Shown here piece by piece: positions 37,192-47,467 of a DNA stretch of 51,992 bases. The position numbers were made by a program, and so were the translations under genes. Below the pieces are notes generated by a model. It was not told the DNA's origin and made no database searches. It was given only the letters and a program-made list of their open reading frames with translations. The DNA is from an uncultured Ruminococcus sp. (GTDB lineage: Bacteria; Bacillota; Clostridia; Oscillospirales; Acutalibacteraceae), in contig CACWTM010000023.1 in NCBI GenBank assembly GCA_902763855.1, positions 1 through 51,992 on the forward strand. The letters are read 5' to 3'. The number at the start of each line of letters is the position of its first letter. Position 1 is the first letter of the stretch.

Positions 37192-37978
37192 TAAAAAGAT
37201 CGCCGTCGTCACAGGCGGCTCCGGCGGCATCGGCCGCGCCACGGCAAAGAACCTGTATCAAAGCGGCTGTACCGTCTATGAGCTTTCGCGCCGCGATAAG
37301 CGGCAGAAGGGTATCACCCACCTCACCGCCGACGTCACCGACGAAGAACAGGTCAAAAAAGCGATCAACGAGGTCATCGCGCGTGAGGGCAGAATTGACA
37401 TCCTCGTCAACAACGCGGGCTACGGTATCTCCGGCGCCGCGGAAACGACAAAATCCGCCGACGCCCACGCTCAGCTCGAGCTGAACCTCTACGGCATGGA
37501 CAACGTCACCCGAGCGGTACTGCCCCATATGCGAAAACAGCAAGGCGGCAGGATCATCTGCGTCAGTTCCATCGCGGGCATCCTCCCGATACCGTTCCAG
37601 CTGTGGTACAGCGTCAGCAAATCCGCCATCGCGTCCTATGTCCTCGCCCTGCAAAACGAGGTGCGCCCCTACGGGATCAGCCTGTGCGCGATCCTGCCGG
37701 GCGATATCGCGACCGGCTTTACCGACGCGCGGCAAAAATCGGCTGACAACGACGTCTACGGTAAGCGTGTCGAACGCTCCGTCGCCACCATGGAGAAAGA
37801 CGAACGCGGCGGCATGAGCCCCGACAAGGCGGGTGCGTATATCGCGAAGATCGCGTTAAAAAAACGCACCGGGCCGCTCAAAGCCATAGGGCTGAGCTAC
37901 AAGGCGGTCGCGGTGCTGGCAAAGCTTTTGCCGCGCAGGTTTTCGAACTACATCGTCGGACTGATCTATTCCAAATAA
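37184..37978 (+). CDS. Classical SDR, candidate 3-ketodihydrosphingosine reductase
   Basis: TGGSGGIG, NNAG, YSVSK; start overlaps the spt stop. Confidence 0.7.
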   Translation: MADKKIAVVTGGSGGIGRATAKNLYQSGCTVYELSRRDKRQKGITHLTADVTDEEQVKKAINEVIAREGRIDILVNNAGYGISGAAETTKSADAHAQLELNLYGMDNVTRAVLPHMRKQQGGRIICVSSIAGILPIPFQLWYSVSKSAIASYVLALQNEVRPYGISLCAILPGDIATGFTDARQKSADNDVYGKRVERSVATMEKDERGGMSPDKAGAYIAKIALKKRTGPLKAIGLSYKAVAVLAKLLPRRFSNYIVGLIYSK

Positions 37979-37981
37979 ATA

Positions 37982-38239
37982 ATACTAAGTAGCAATAAAA
38001 AGCTTTAAAAAGATATTAGCGGAGAATTTCGCATAACAAGGCGGAGGGCGCAGGCAGGCTTGAGGTGTTGTCCAAATCTTTTGTCCAAATCTTTGATTTG
38101 GCTAACAACACCCATGCAACAACACTCCAAGAGCGAAGCGATTGGCTTAGTGTCACTGCCGGCGCCTGTCAAGACTGACAACGCAGTTATGCGGAAAGCT
38201 CCGCAATAGATATTAAAGTGTTTTATTGCTACTTAGTAT
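37982..38239. mobile_element. MITE-like element, copy 2, with a 100-bp internal insertion
   Basis: Terminal IR ATACTAAGTAGCAATAAAA/TTTTATTGCTACTTAGTAT; shares core CAGGCT|GGCGCCTGTCAAG with copy 1. Confidence 0.7.
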
Positions 38240-38251
38240 AAAGCATAACAG

Positions 38252-38286
38252 AACAGCGCTTCCCAACTTTTGGAAGCGCTGTTTTT
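38252..38286. terminator. Terminator hairpin
   Basis: AACAGCGCTTCC/GGAAGCGCTGTTTTT. Confidence 0.65.
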
Positions 38287-38292
38287 ATACTG

Positions 38293-40044
38293 TTAGCATG
38301 ATTCAAATTTCATCGCTCTCGCCCGGGCGATACGGTCACGGCGCTCTTTGAGCGCGGAGGCGTACTCTTCGGGCAAATTTCCCAGCACCAGCCAGTCGAT
38401 CACGCGGTCACAGCTGCCGGTATCGGCATGGTCGAAGTACTTGGGGAGCATCCGCTCGACCTTCTCAAATTCATAATCTCCTTCACGCATGGCTCTGAGC
38501 ACTTCATCAAAGGTCAGACAAATTTTGCCGGGCACGTTGGACGCGTAGTCACGGTGGAATCCGCGCGAAACCGCATAGCGTTCATGGTCGAACGCAAAGA
38601 ACAGCATCGGCTTCTTCATCAGCAGGAACTCGTACATGCACGACGAGTAGTCGGTAATCAACAGATCGGTGATGTAGAACAGCTCGTTGATGTTGGGGTA
38701 AAAATTCATCGGGAAAAAACGATCACGATATTTTTCCTCTATCTCTACTTCATCCGCGACCCATGGGTGCATCTTGAAGATCACAACGGCGTCGGTATCC
38801 TCACAGCAGCGATACAGCCCTTCAAAGTCTATCAACTCACAGGGATAATAGGACGTTTTTCGATTTCTGCCGCGGTAGGTCGGCGCAAAGAGAATAACCC
38901 TTTTTCCCTTGAACGCGGGATAGTTTGCATAGAGCTTTTCGGTCACCATGCGGCGGTTATCCTCGCTGAGGTACTCGTCCATACGGGGCATGCCGGTCGG
39001 GATAACCTGTTCTTCCAAAATACCGAACGGCTCGGAGAAAAAGTCCCGGATCGCCATCGAATCGGTGATTGCGAAGTCGGTGCGGCGGTGGGCGGAAAAC
39101 GGCGCCGGACAGCCGAAGTGACCCCATCTCGCGTAGCCAACACCCTTGAAGCCCGCGCCCGCGTGCCATAGCTGGATGACCTTGACGCTTTTATGAAGCG
39201 CGACGCTGTTGAAGGCGGGGACATAGTCGTCGACGATGATGATATCCGCCTTGGCGATCTTCGCGATGACCGCGACGGTAGAGAGCTTGGAGTAACTTAT
39301 GCTTTCGGTATTGCGCAGAGAGCATTTGATCGTGTAGTTCTTGTCAAATCCGCGCTCGATCAGCCTGTTATACAGCGCCAGCATACTCGGAGCTAAAACG
39401 TCTCTCTTTTCGTCGAGGAACAGGATGCGGGGCTTTCGCAGAAAAGAAAACGCCCTGACGACCGAGTAGATCATCCGCTGGAAACGGACGTTTATTTTAT
39501 CGGCAGTTCTTTTGACAAATCCTTTCAGCCGCGTCGAAAGGCTCTTTTTACGGTAAAGGTCTTCCTTGGCCATATCCGCCGACCGCGCGTTCAGAAAAAT
39601 GAGCCGCAACTCGGGAAGATCGGAGTATTCATCTGTCATGAAGCTGACCGAATAGACGCCCTTGGACGCGTCATAAACAAAGCTCCTGCCGTACTGAGAG
39701 AGCGTTTCAAACGAGCCTTCATACAACACGGCGATCGGATCGTTTTTACCGTCGTGAGCGAGGATGCGGTAGGTATCGTTTTCCACACATCGGTTGAGCC
39801 CGTTGTTGGTAACGTTCAGCGACAGTCGGACGGTCTCGCCGTCATTATCCGCGACCGCAAACTCGGTTTCGACTCTTCCCGAAAGAGACACAAGATAAAA
39901 GCGGAGAGAATCGACTCTTTCCGCTTCTTTCACTGTCAAAGTAAGATTCAGGTGGATTCTCTCCCACGAGACGTCCTTTAAATAAATCACTTCACCATCT
40001 CCATGTGCGCTGCCGCTGTATTGATGATAACCCCCTTTTTTCAA
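38293..40044 (-). CDS. CDP-alditol phosphotransferase (TagF/TarK/TarL family)
   Basis: QLWHAGAGFK, GMPRMD, FAPTYRG, KMHP, LITDYSS. Confidence 0.85.
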   Translation of the reverse strand: MKKGGYHQYSGSAHGDGEVIYLKDVSWERIHLNLTLTVKEAERVDSLRFYLVSLSGRVETEFAVADNDGETVRLSLNVTNNGLNRCVENDTYRILAHDGKNDPIAVLYEGSFETLSQYGRSFVYDASKGVYSVSFMTDEYSDLPELRLIFLNARSADMAKEDLYRKKSLSTRLKGFVKRTADKINVRFQRMIYSVVRAFSFLRKPRILFLDEKRDVLAPSMLALYNRLIERGFDKNYTIKCSLRNTESISYSKLSTVAVIAKIAKADIIIVDDYVPAFNSVALHKSVKVIQLWHAGAGFKGVGYARWGHFGCPAPFSAHRRTDFAITDSMAIRDFFSEPFGILEEQVIPTGMPRMDEYLSEDNRRMVTEKLYANYPAFKGKRVILFAPTYRGRNRKTSYYPCELIDFEGLYRCCEDTDAVVIFKMHPWVADEVEIEEKYRDRFFPMNFYPNINELFYITDLLITDYSSCMYEFLLMKKPMLFFAFDHERYAVSRGFHRDYASNVPGKICLTFDEVLRAMREGDYEFEKVERMLPKYFDHADTGSCDRVIDWLVLGNLPEEYASALKERRDRIARARAMKFESC

Positions 40045-40058
40045 AGGGGGTTTTGTTA

Positions 40059-41132
40059 TCAGTCTTCTTCTAAGATCGCAACCGCTCTGCGAATACCTTC
40101 CTTGAGGTCGACCCTCGGCTCCCAGCCGATGGAGCGAATACGCTTGTTGTCCATGATCTCGGGGGTGGGATCATCCGGAGAAGGCTCGGGCATGACCTCG
40201 TCTTCGGGGTTCGCAAACGCAAGCTTCATGTTGCGCTCGGGGAACACCTCGCATGCCGCCTGCGCAAAGCCGCGGATGGTGGTGTTGGACGCTTCGTTAG
40301 AGATATTGTACGGCACGCAGTTCTCACCGTCAAGCAGAACATGCAGCATCGCGGTAACGGTGTCGGTCACATAGCAGAACGAGCGGTTGGTCGCGCCGTT
40401 ACTCTTGAGCAAGATATCCTGACCGCGGACAATGTTCGCGATGAACTGTGCCCATACGCGGTCGTCGTCGAGCCTGCTCGCGCCGAAGATGTAGCTCGGA
40501 CGGACGATACGGATGTTCATCTCATACTGCTTGCTGTAGCTTGCCGCCAGTGTTTCAGCCGCGCGCTTGCCGATAGCGTAGCAGTTCTTATAAGAGGTAA
40601 AGTCGACATAGCCGTTGTCGTCCTCCTCGATATAGGGCTTGCCGGTATAGAGGGTTCCGTAGACCTTCAGAGAAGATACAACCAGAGAAGCCTCGCTATT
40701 GCTGTCTTTCGCAAAGTTCAGCGCGTTTTCGGTACCGCTGAGGTTCGCGCTGATGGTGCCGACAGGATCGCGCTCAAACTCAATCGCGCTCGCCTGGGAA
40801 GCCGCGTGGATGACAAAGTCCGCGCGCTCGGCTTTGATCGGCTCGGTGATATCCTGCACGATCAGCTCGACGTCGTCGCGCTCTAAGAGCTTGCCGAACT
40901 TTTTCTTTGCGAAGTCACCGAAACGCTCCAGCGCCAGCACCTTGATGTTGTCGCCGTAGAGGTCGTTGCGGAGCAGAATACCGCAGGTCATATAGTAGCC
41001 GATGAATCCGCCCGCACCGGTCAGCAGAAGGGTCTTGCCCTTGAGCTTGTCCCAGGAGATCGGGGCGTTGGCGATATCTTCAAGGTTGGTATAAATACTT
41101 TTTTTGACGCAGTCTTTTACCTTATAATCCAT
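40059..41132 (-). CDS. NAD-dependent epimerase/dehydratase (extended SDR)
   Basis: TGAGGFIG, HAAS, YAIGK, RSFCYVTD. Confidence 0.85.
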   Translation of the reverse strand: MDYKVKDCVKKSIYTNLEDIANAPISWDKLKGKTLLLTGAGGFIGYYMTCGILLRNDLYGDNIKVLALERFGDFAKKKFGKLLERDDVELIVQDITEPIKAERADFVIHAASQASAIEFERDPVGTISANLSGTENALNFAKDSNSEASLVVSSLKVYGTLYTGKPYIEEDDNGYVDFTSYKNCYAIGKRAAETLAASYSKQYEMNIRIVRPSYIFGASRLDDDRVWAQFIANIVRGQDILLKSNGATNRSFCYVTDTVTAMLHVLLDGENCVPYNISNEASNTTIRGFAQAACEVFPERNMKLAFANPEDEVMPEPSPDDPTPEIMDNKRIRSIGWEPRVDLKEGIRRAVAILEED

Positions 41133-41862
41133 ACTTTAACTCCTCCTTGGCAAATTTCTTGTAATTCTCATAGTAATACTGGGAGCGCAGAGTGGTCAGA
41201 TCCTCGGGGGTCGTGACCTTGATGTTGAAGCGCTCGCCGAGGAAGATATGCACAGGCTCGCCCAGCTCGATGAACAGCTCGCTGGAGGATACAGGGCTTA
41301 AGATGCCGCGCTTATACGCCTGATCGTGTGCCCAGAGGATTCGCTCCATGGTATAACCCTGCGGCGCCTGGGTGATGTACATAGTCGAGCGCTGGTAGCT
41401 TTTGGCACAGGTCTTGCCGTCCTCAGAGTACAGCAGGCTGTCAATGGACGGGGTAACAGGAACGGCACTCTTGTACTTCTTGGTCTCCAAGATACAGTCG
41501 GTGATGAGCTTTTCCGACAGCATCGGGCGCACGCCGTCGCAGATGAGGATGATATCCTCGGGATCACGCGAAAATTCATGGGTCGCGACAACACCGTTGT
41601 GGATAGAGTCAAAACCGTTCGCTCCGCCGGGGACAATGGACTTGACCTTTGGAACGTTGAACTGCTCGATCAGACTCTCAAGGTGATCGATCCAGTCCTC
41701 CTTGCAGGCGACCACGATATGATCGACCATCGGATGGCGGGCAAAATGCTCCATTGTGTGAATGATGATGGGCTTGCCGCCCACTTCTAAAAACTGCTTG
41801 GGCAGATCGACGGACTTCATACGCGCGCCTTTACCGCCCGCAAATAACATCGCGGTAATCAT
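41122..41862 (-). CDS. IspD/TarI-family cytidylyltransferase
   Basis: AGGKGARM, LPKQF, DGVRP, QAPQ, NIKVTTPED. Confidence 0.85.
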   Translation of the reverse strand: MITAMLFAGGKGARMKSVDLPKQFLEVGGKPIIIHTMEHFARHPMVDHIVVACKEDWIDHLESLIEQFNVPKVKSIVPGGANGFDSIHNGVVATHEFSRDPEDIILICDGVRPMLSEKLITDCILETKKYKSAVPVTPSIDSLLYSEDGKTCAKSYQRSTMYITQAPQGYTMERILWAHDQAYKRGILSPVSSSELFIELGEPVHIFLGERFNIKVTTPEDLTTLRSQYYYENYKKFAKEELKYGL

Positions 41863-42076
41863 AGTAAATCACTTTCCTTATCTGATAACCTCCGCAGAGG
41901 TATAATAACACATGATTATATTATCATACCTATGATAGCTTTGTCAACACAGATACTTTTCTATTGCATAATAGCTGCGAATCTGATAATATGGTTTATA
42001 TCAAGCACCCATAAAATGAACCTTATGCGTTTCGCGGGTGTATATATAATGAAAACATTTTCGGGAGGTGACTCAA

Positions 42077-43225
42077 ATGAGGAGAATGATCTCATTTGTA
42101 ATCGTTATGTCATTACTGTTGGCGTTTCTCATCGGAACAACGCTCAGCGCGGGCGCCGTGCCGCTGGGTCTGTTTTACGGCGACGTCAACAAGGATGATT
42201 GCACCGACATCGTTGACGTCACGCTGATACAGCGCTACCTTGCCGGGATGACCGACTTTGACGAGATACAAAAGGAGCAGGCAGACTACGACCACGACGG
42301 CGATCCCGGCGCACCGGACGTCACCGCCCTGCAGCGTATAGAGGCAGGGATGGCGGTTCCTGAGGAATACGGCGGCTCCTTCATGCCGTGGTCGACCATC
42401 CACCGCATTTACAGCGACTACGGTTCAGGCAAAGCGGTAACAGGCGTACCTGTCACCATCACCGCCGAGGGCTCCGACACGCACTCCGCTTACGCGCGTC
42501 CCACCGGCTTTTTCGAGCCGATCGAATACAGCTTTGAGATCGTCAAAGGCGATTACATCCGCGATGAACAAGGCAAAATCATCTTTGATGAAAACAACAT
42601 CCCGCAGTATCGCTATGACGTACACGTCGAGCAGGAGTGGTCTTTGCAGAACAGCATCACCTATACCTTTGAGAAAACAGGAAGATATTCGGTCATCATC
42701 AAATCACGCAACCGTTTCGGCTTTGAAGATCAGCAGGGCGCGAGCATCGAGGCAGTCGAACCGTACGGCTTTGATCTGCCCGTCATCACCTCTGTAATCA
42801 CTGACAAGGGCAGCAGCGTCGAGCTGTTGCGCTATGACAGGATACAACCCTCGCGCGACGACGAGAGTCTGACCGTCACGGCTCTTGCCGCAGGCGGCAG
42901 CGGCGGATATTCCTACGCCTTTGAGCTGAAAAAACCGAACGGCTCCGTCACACAGGATTTCTGCGCGGAGAACAGCTTCACCGTCGACAAGGACGATCTG
43001 CCCGGCTGGGCGGAATATTGCGCGCTGAAAGAAAGCGAAAACGAATATATTTCACAGAAATTCGCAGAAGGCGCGCTGTGGGTTGAGATTCCGCAGGAGT
43101 TTGAGTATCAAGCCGAGAACTACGATCCCTACGACCTGATCGTGAGGGTCAGGGACAGTGAGGGGCACGAAACCGCCGAGACGGTCAAAATCGCGCCGAT
43201 TTATGATTTTGACTATGTAGGCTGA
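42077..43225 (+). CDS. Secreted dockerin-containing protein
   Basis: Signal peptide; GDVNKDDCTDIVDVTLIQRYLA and ADYDHDGD...DVTALQR duplicated repeats; beta-rich C-terminal modules. Confidence 0.8.
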   Translation: MRRMISFVIVMSLLLAFLIGTTLSAGAVPLGLFYGDVNKDDCTDIVDVTLIQRYLAGMTDFDEIQKEQADYDHDGDPGAPDVTALQRIEAGMAVPEEYGGSFMPWSTIHRIYSDYGSGKAVTGVPVTITAEGSDTHSAYARPTGFFEPIEYSFEIVKGDYIRDEQGKIIFDENNIPQYRYDVHVEQEWSLQNSITYTFEKTGRYSVIIKSRNRFGFEDQQGASIEAVEPYGFDLPVITSVITDKGSSVELLRYDRIQPSRDDESLTVTALAAGGSGGYSYAFELKKPNGSVTQDFCAENSFTVDKDDLPGWAEYCALKESENEYISQKFAEGALWVEIPQEFEYQAENYDPYDLIVRVRDSEGHETAETVKIAPIYDFDYVG

Positions 43226-43276
43226 CAATCAACAATCGCATAACAAAAGGGGTTACCGCTTCGGTAGCCCCTTCTT

Positions 43277-43852
43277 CTACGCAAAAAATATGTTTTTCAC
43301 AAAGATCTCGATCCCGATCAAGATGAGGATGATACCGCCAACGACCTCGGCATGCTTGAAAATACTGCCGAAGCGTTTGCCGATCCACAACCCGAACAGG
43401 CAGATAACAAACGTCACCGCCGCGATCATCAGCGACGCCGTCAGCGCCGACGGCAGCTCATACTCGGCGAGCGTGAAGCCCACGGACAGCGCGTCGATCG
43501 CGGTCGCGATCCCCTGCAGCAGCAGGACGCCGACCGTCAGCCGCCGCATCTCATCCTCTTCTTTTCCTCGCACACAGTCGACGATCATCTTGATGCCGAT
43601 ATAGAGCAGCAGTGCCAGCGCGATGTACGGCACGAACCGCTCAATCACGCCGAACCATCCGACCACCGTACGGACAAGAAGCCAGCCGATCATCGGCATG
43701 AGGAACTGGAAGAAGCTGTAGGTTCCGGCGACAGCGGTGCATTTCAGCGGCCGCATCTTCGGCTCGGCAAGACCGTTCGCGATCGACACCGAGAACGCGT
43801 CCATCGCAAGCCCTACGCCCAGCAGTATGGAGTTGAATACAAACAGCCACAT
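43277..43852 (-). CDS. mntP: Manganese efflux pump MntP
   Basis: LAMDAFSVS, FQFLMP, ATAIDAL. Confidence 0.85.
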   Translation of the reverse strand: MWLFVFNSILLGVGLAMDAFSVSIANGLAEPKMRPLKCTAVAGTYSFFQFLMPMIGWLLVRTVVGWFGVIERFVPYIALALLLYIGIKMIVDCVRGKEEDEMRRLTVGVLLLQGIATAIDALSVGFTLAEYELPSALTASLMIAAVTFVICLFGLWIGKRFGSIFKHAEVVGGIILILIGIEIFVKNIFFA

Positions 43853-43862
43853 GGATAACAGC

Positions 43863-44240
43863 TCACTTTTCGCAGAGATATAGCCACTGACAGTCCCGAC
43901 AGACCTCGGTCAATCGAGAACATCCGATAATCCTATCATATGCGCGCCGATACAGATCATGCCACCTGAGCGTGTCACCGACGTGCAGTTCCATCGCAGA
44001 CAGCGCCCTGTCGTCGATCGCGCGCACCTTGTCGCTCGTATCACACGCGCCGCCCCTGTTGTGGGGACACTTCTCACAAATCACATCACAGCCGCCCGCG
44101 AGGGTGACCACAGGATCATCCCTTTGCAGCTTTTCGACAACAGCGGTCATATGGCGGACAAACTCCTCGCTGTAGCCCTTGCCGACAAAAAAACGGATAC
44201 ACAGCGCGTGATGAGGCCGCAGATACAGCGGCTCGCTCAC
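43863..44240 (-). CDS. DUF1284 family protein
   Basis: LRPHHALC..GKGYS..F, CDVICEKCP, C..C.W. Confidence 0.75.
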   Translation of the reverse strand: MSEPLYLRPHHALCIRFFVGKGYSEEFVRHMTAVVEKLQRDDPVVTLAGGCDVICEKCPHNRGGACDTSDKVRAIDDRALSAMELHVGDTLRWHDLYRRAYDRIIGCSRLTEVCRDCQWLYLCEK

Positions 44241-44797
44241 AGCTTAACGACCTTAGACAGCCGGTTTGACAAGATCATCGCCAGCGCGATTTTTACACCG
44301 TCGGGGATGAGGAACGGTACGACGCAGAGCATGAGAGATTCGCCGATTCCCATACCCGTCACAACCATGAACCAAATCGTGCCGATGAGATAGCAAACAA
44401 GAACGCCCAGCACCATCGCGACAATCAGCGGCAGAGCTTTTCGCTCCCATTTATCCGCCACGAAACCGATGATGATCGCCGCGGGGATGAAGCCGATGAT
44501 ATAGCCGCCGGTAGGCCCGGCAAGGATTCCGACGCCGCCTGTCATTCCCGCAAAAACGGGGACGCCGACCGCGCCAAGCAATACATAGATCAAAACGCTG
44601 AGGGTGCCGCGCTTCCAGCCGAGCATCGCCGCCGTAAGGCAGACAGCAAAGGTCTGGAGGGTGATCGGCACCTCGCCGATCGGGATGCTCAGGATAGAAC
44701 AGACTGCGATCAGCGCGGCGAACATTGCGGTAAAGACCAGATCCTTGACCGCGTTTTTGGATGAATTTTTCTGTTTGTCTTGGGTTTGTGCTGACAT
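44237..44797 (-). CDS. bioY: Biotin ECF S-component BioY
   Basis: VPITLQT, GPTGGYIIGF, PFLIPD..K. Confidence 0.9.
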   Translation of the reverse strand: MSAQTQDKQKNSSKNAVKDLVFTAMFAALIAVCSILSIPIGEVPITLQTFAVCLTAAMLGWKRGTLSVLIYVLLGAVGVPVFAGMTGGVGILAGPTGGYIIGFIPAAIIIGFVADKWERKALPLIVAMVLGVLVCYLIGTIWFMVVTGMGIGESLMLCVVPFLIPDGVKIALAMILSNRLSKVVKL

Positions 44798-45051
44798 AAA
44801 TATACCTCTTTTCCAAATGTAGTTCTATTATACCCTATCCGCCCTGTGAAGTCAATCGACAGACATGCTGTGATCGTCTTGACTGAATTTGACCGTTTTT
44901 TGTGAATTATGAATAGAAACGATCGTTAAAACTATCCATTCAGCGAATTGTCTTTTACTTCTCTATATGTTATTATTAATAATGTATAAAATCGCTTGAG
45001 AATTATCATCAGGTTTTAGCACTTTAGCCAACGAAAGAATGTGATAACAAT

Positions 45052-47466
45052 ATGAGAAAAATCATCCCCCTTAACAACGGCTGGGAGTTCACTTCCGAAT
45101 TTTCAGAGACCTTTTTATCAGGCGGCGGAAAGGCTCAAAGCGTCCGGTTGCCGCACACCTGTGCGGTCACGCCGTTCCACTACTTTGACGAGAGCGTCTA
45201 CCAGATGGTTTGCGGGTACCGCAAACAGCTTGATCTGAGCGACGCCGAGGGCAGGCGCGTGTTCATTTGCTTCGGCGCGGCGGCACACTATGCAAAAATC
45301 TATCTTGACGGCAAGTTCATCGGCGAGCACTTCGGCGGTTACACGGCGTTTGAGCTGGAGCTTAAAACCGACAATCCAAAGCCCGTGTTGTGTGTAGAGC
45401 TCGACACGCGCGAGACCCTTGATATCCCGCCCTTCGGACATGTCATCGACTACATGACCTACGGCGGACTATACCGCGAGGTACAGCTTGAGTACCGCAG
45501 TGAGAGCTACATCGCCGACCTGTTCCCCAAACCCTCGATCCCCAAAAACATCCGCGTTTCACCCCGCACAAAAGACAAGCTGATCGCGGGGCTGACCTTT
45601 GACGGCACGATCGACTGTGAGATCGAAACCGTCGGTGAGGCTGACGCACTGCGCCTGTACCTCACCCAAAAGGATGACGACAAGGTGATTTGTGAAAAAA
45701 CCTGCGGCGTGAGCGGCGATTTCACGCTCAAAGCGCCTTCCGTTCATCTTTGGGATATCAAAAGTCCCGTGCTGTATGATCTGCACGCGGATCTGATTCA
45801 AAACGACAAGGTCATCGACAGCCTGTGCCGCCGTATCGGATTCCGCAGAGCGGGTTTCAAGGCGGACGGCTTCTACCTCAACGGCAGAAAGGTGAAGCTG
45901 CGCGGACTCAACCGTCACCAGAGCTTTCCCTATGTCGGCTACGCGATGCCGCAGAGCATGCAAAAGCTCGACGCGGATATCCTCAAAAACGAGCTCGGCT
46001 GTAACGCCGTACGCACCTCCCACTACCCCCAGTCACACCACTTCATCGACCGCTGTGACGAACTGGGACTGCTGGTGTTCACCGAAACACCGGGCTGGCA
46101 GAACATCGGCGGCGAGAGCTGGAAGGATCAGGCGGTAGAAACCACCGCCGAGATGGTGCGCCAGTATCGCAGTCATCCGTCGATCTTCCTTTGGGGCGTC
46201 CGCATCAACGAAAGCAAGGACGACCACGACTTTTACGTCCGCACCAACGCGGTCGCGCATGAGCTGGATCTCACCCGTCCGACAGGCGGCGTGCGATGCC
46301 ACAAGAAAAGCGAGATGCTCGAGGACGTTTACACCTACAATGACTTTGTCCACGACGGAGTCCAGCCCGGTTGTGAACCGAAAAAGGCGGTCACCTCCGA
46401 TATGAACAAGCCGTATCTGATCTCTGAGTACGGCGGTCACATGTACTCTACCAAGGGCTTTGACGACGAAGAACACCGCCTTGAGCATATGCTTCGTCAC
46501 GCACGAGTTCTGGACGCTGTCAGCTCTTATGACGACATCGCGGGCTCCTTCGGATGGTGCTTCTTCGACTACAACACCCACAAGGAATTTGGCTCGGGCG
46601 ACCGTATCTGCTACCACGGCGTGTGCGATATGTTCCGCAACAAAAAGCTCGCCGCCGAGCTTTACGCCGCACAGCAGGACAAAACCCCTGTCCTCAAGGT
46701 CAGCTCGTCGATGGATATCGGCGACCACCCCGCTACCAACCGCGGACGCGTCTACATCCTCACCAACGCCGACAGCGTGCGCTTCTATAAAAACGACAGC
46801 TTCATCCACGAGTACACCCACGCGGATTCTTCGTTTAAAAACCTGAAGTATCCGCCGATCGAAATCACCGACTACATCGGTGACCAGATCGCGAAGGGCG
46901 AGGATTTCACCGAAAAGCAGGCAGAATACGTCAAAGATATCCTCAACGAATCTTCCCGCTTCGGCATGAACAACCTCTCTGCCGAAGGCAAACGCAAGGC
47001 GGCATGGCTGATGATGCGCTACGGCATGGACGCCGACGCGGCTTATCGTCTGTACGGCAAGTACATCGGCAACTGGGGCGACGACTCCATCCTCTACCGC
47101 TTTGAAGCGATCAAAGACGGCAAGGTGATCGAAACGCTCGACGTATCTCCCTTTGAAAAACGCGTTCTTGTCGCAGACGTCGACCATACCGATCTTGTCG
47201 AGGGCGACACCTATGACGTCGCGGCGGTACGCATCCGCATGACCGACCAAAACGGCAACACCCTGCCCTACTACAACGGCGCGGTCAGCGTACAGCTCAC
47301 CGGCGACGCCGAAATGATTGCCGAATCTCCCGTCCTGCTCAGAGCCGGATCGGGCGGCGTCTACATCCGCACCACAGGCAAAAGCGGCAAGGCGACCCTG
47401 ACGATCTCGGCACAGGGCGCAGAACCGATCACCATCGAATTTACCATGACGTCCAAGGAGGGATAA
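45052..47466 (+). CDS. GH2 glycoside hydrolase (beta-galactosidase-like)
   Basis: GGYTAF, GLNRHQ, VRTSHYP, RINE, SEYGG. Confidence 0.9.
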   Translation: MRKIIPLNNGWEFTSEFSETFLSGGGKAQSVRLPHTCAVTPFHYFDESVYQMVCGYRKQLDLSDAEGRRVFICFGAAAHYAKIYLDGKFIGEHFGGYTAFELELKTDNPKPVLCVELDTRETLDIPPFGHVIDYMTYGGLYREVQLEYRSESYIADLFPKPSIPKNIRVSPRTKDKLIAGLTFDGTIDCEIETVGEADALRLYLTQKDDDKVICEKTCGVSGDFTLKAPSVHLWDIKSPVLYDLHADLIQNDKVIDSLCRRIGFRRAGFKADGFYLNGRKVKLRGLNRHQSFPYVGYAMPQSMQKLDADILKNELGCNAVRTSHYPQSHHFIDRCDELGLLVFTETPGWQNIGGESWKDQAVETTAEMVRQYRSHPSIFLWGVRINESKDDHDFYVRTNAVAHELDLTRPTGGVRCHKKSEMLEDVYTYNDFVHDGVQPGCEPKKAVTSDMNKPYLISEYGGHMYSTKGFDDEEHRLEHMLRHARVLDAVSSYDDIAGSFGWCFFDYNTHKEFGSGDRICYHGVCDMFRNKKLAAELYAAQQDKTPVLKVSSSMDIGDHPATNRGRVYILTNADSVRFYKNDSFIHEYTHADSSFKNLKYPPIEITDYIGDQIAKGEDFTEKQAEYVKDILNESSRFGMNNLSAEGKRKAAWLMMRYGMDADAAYRLYGKYIGNWGDDSILYRFEAIKDGKVIETLDVSPFEKRVLVADVDHTDLVEGDTYDVAAVRIRMTDQNGNTLPYYNGAVSVQLTGDAEMIAESPVLLRAGSGGVYIRTTGKSGKATLTISAQGAEPITIEFTMTSKEG

Positions 47467-47467
47467 C

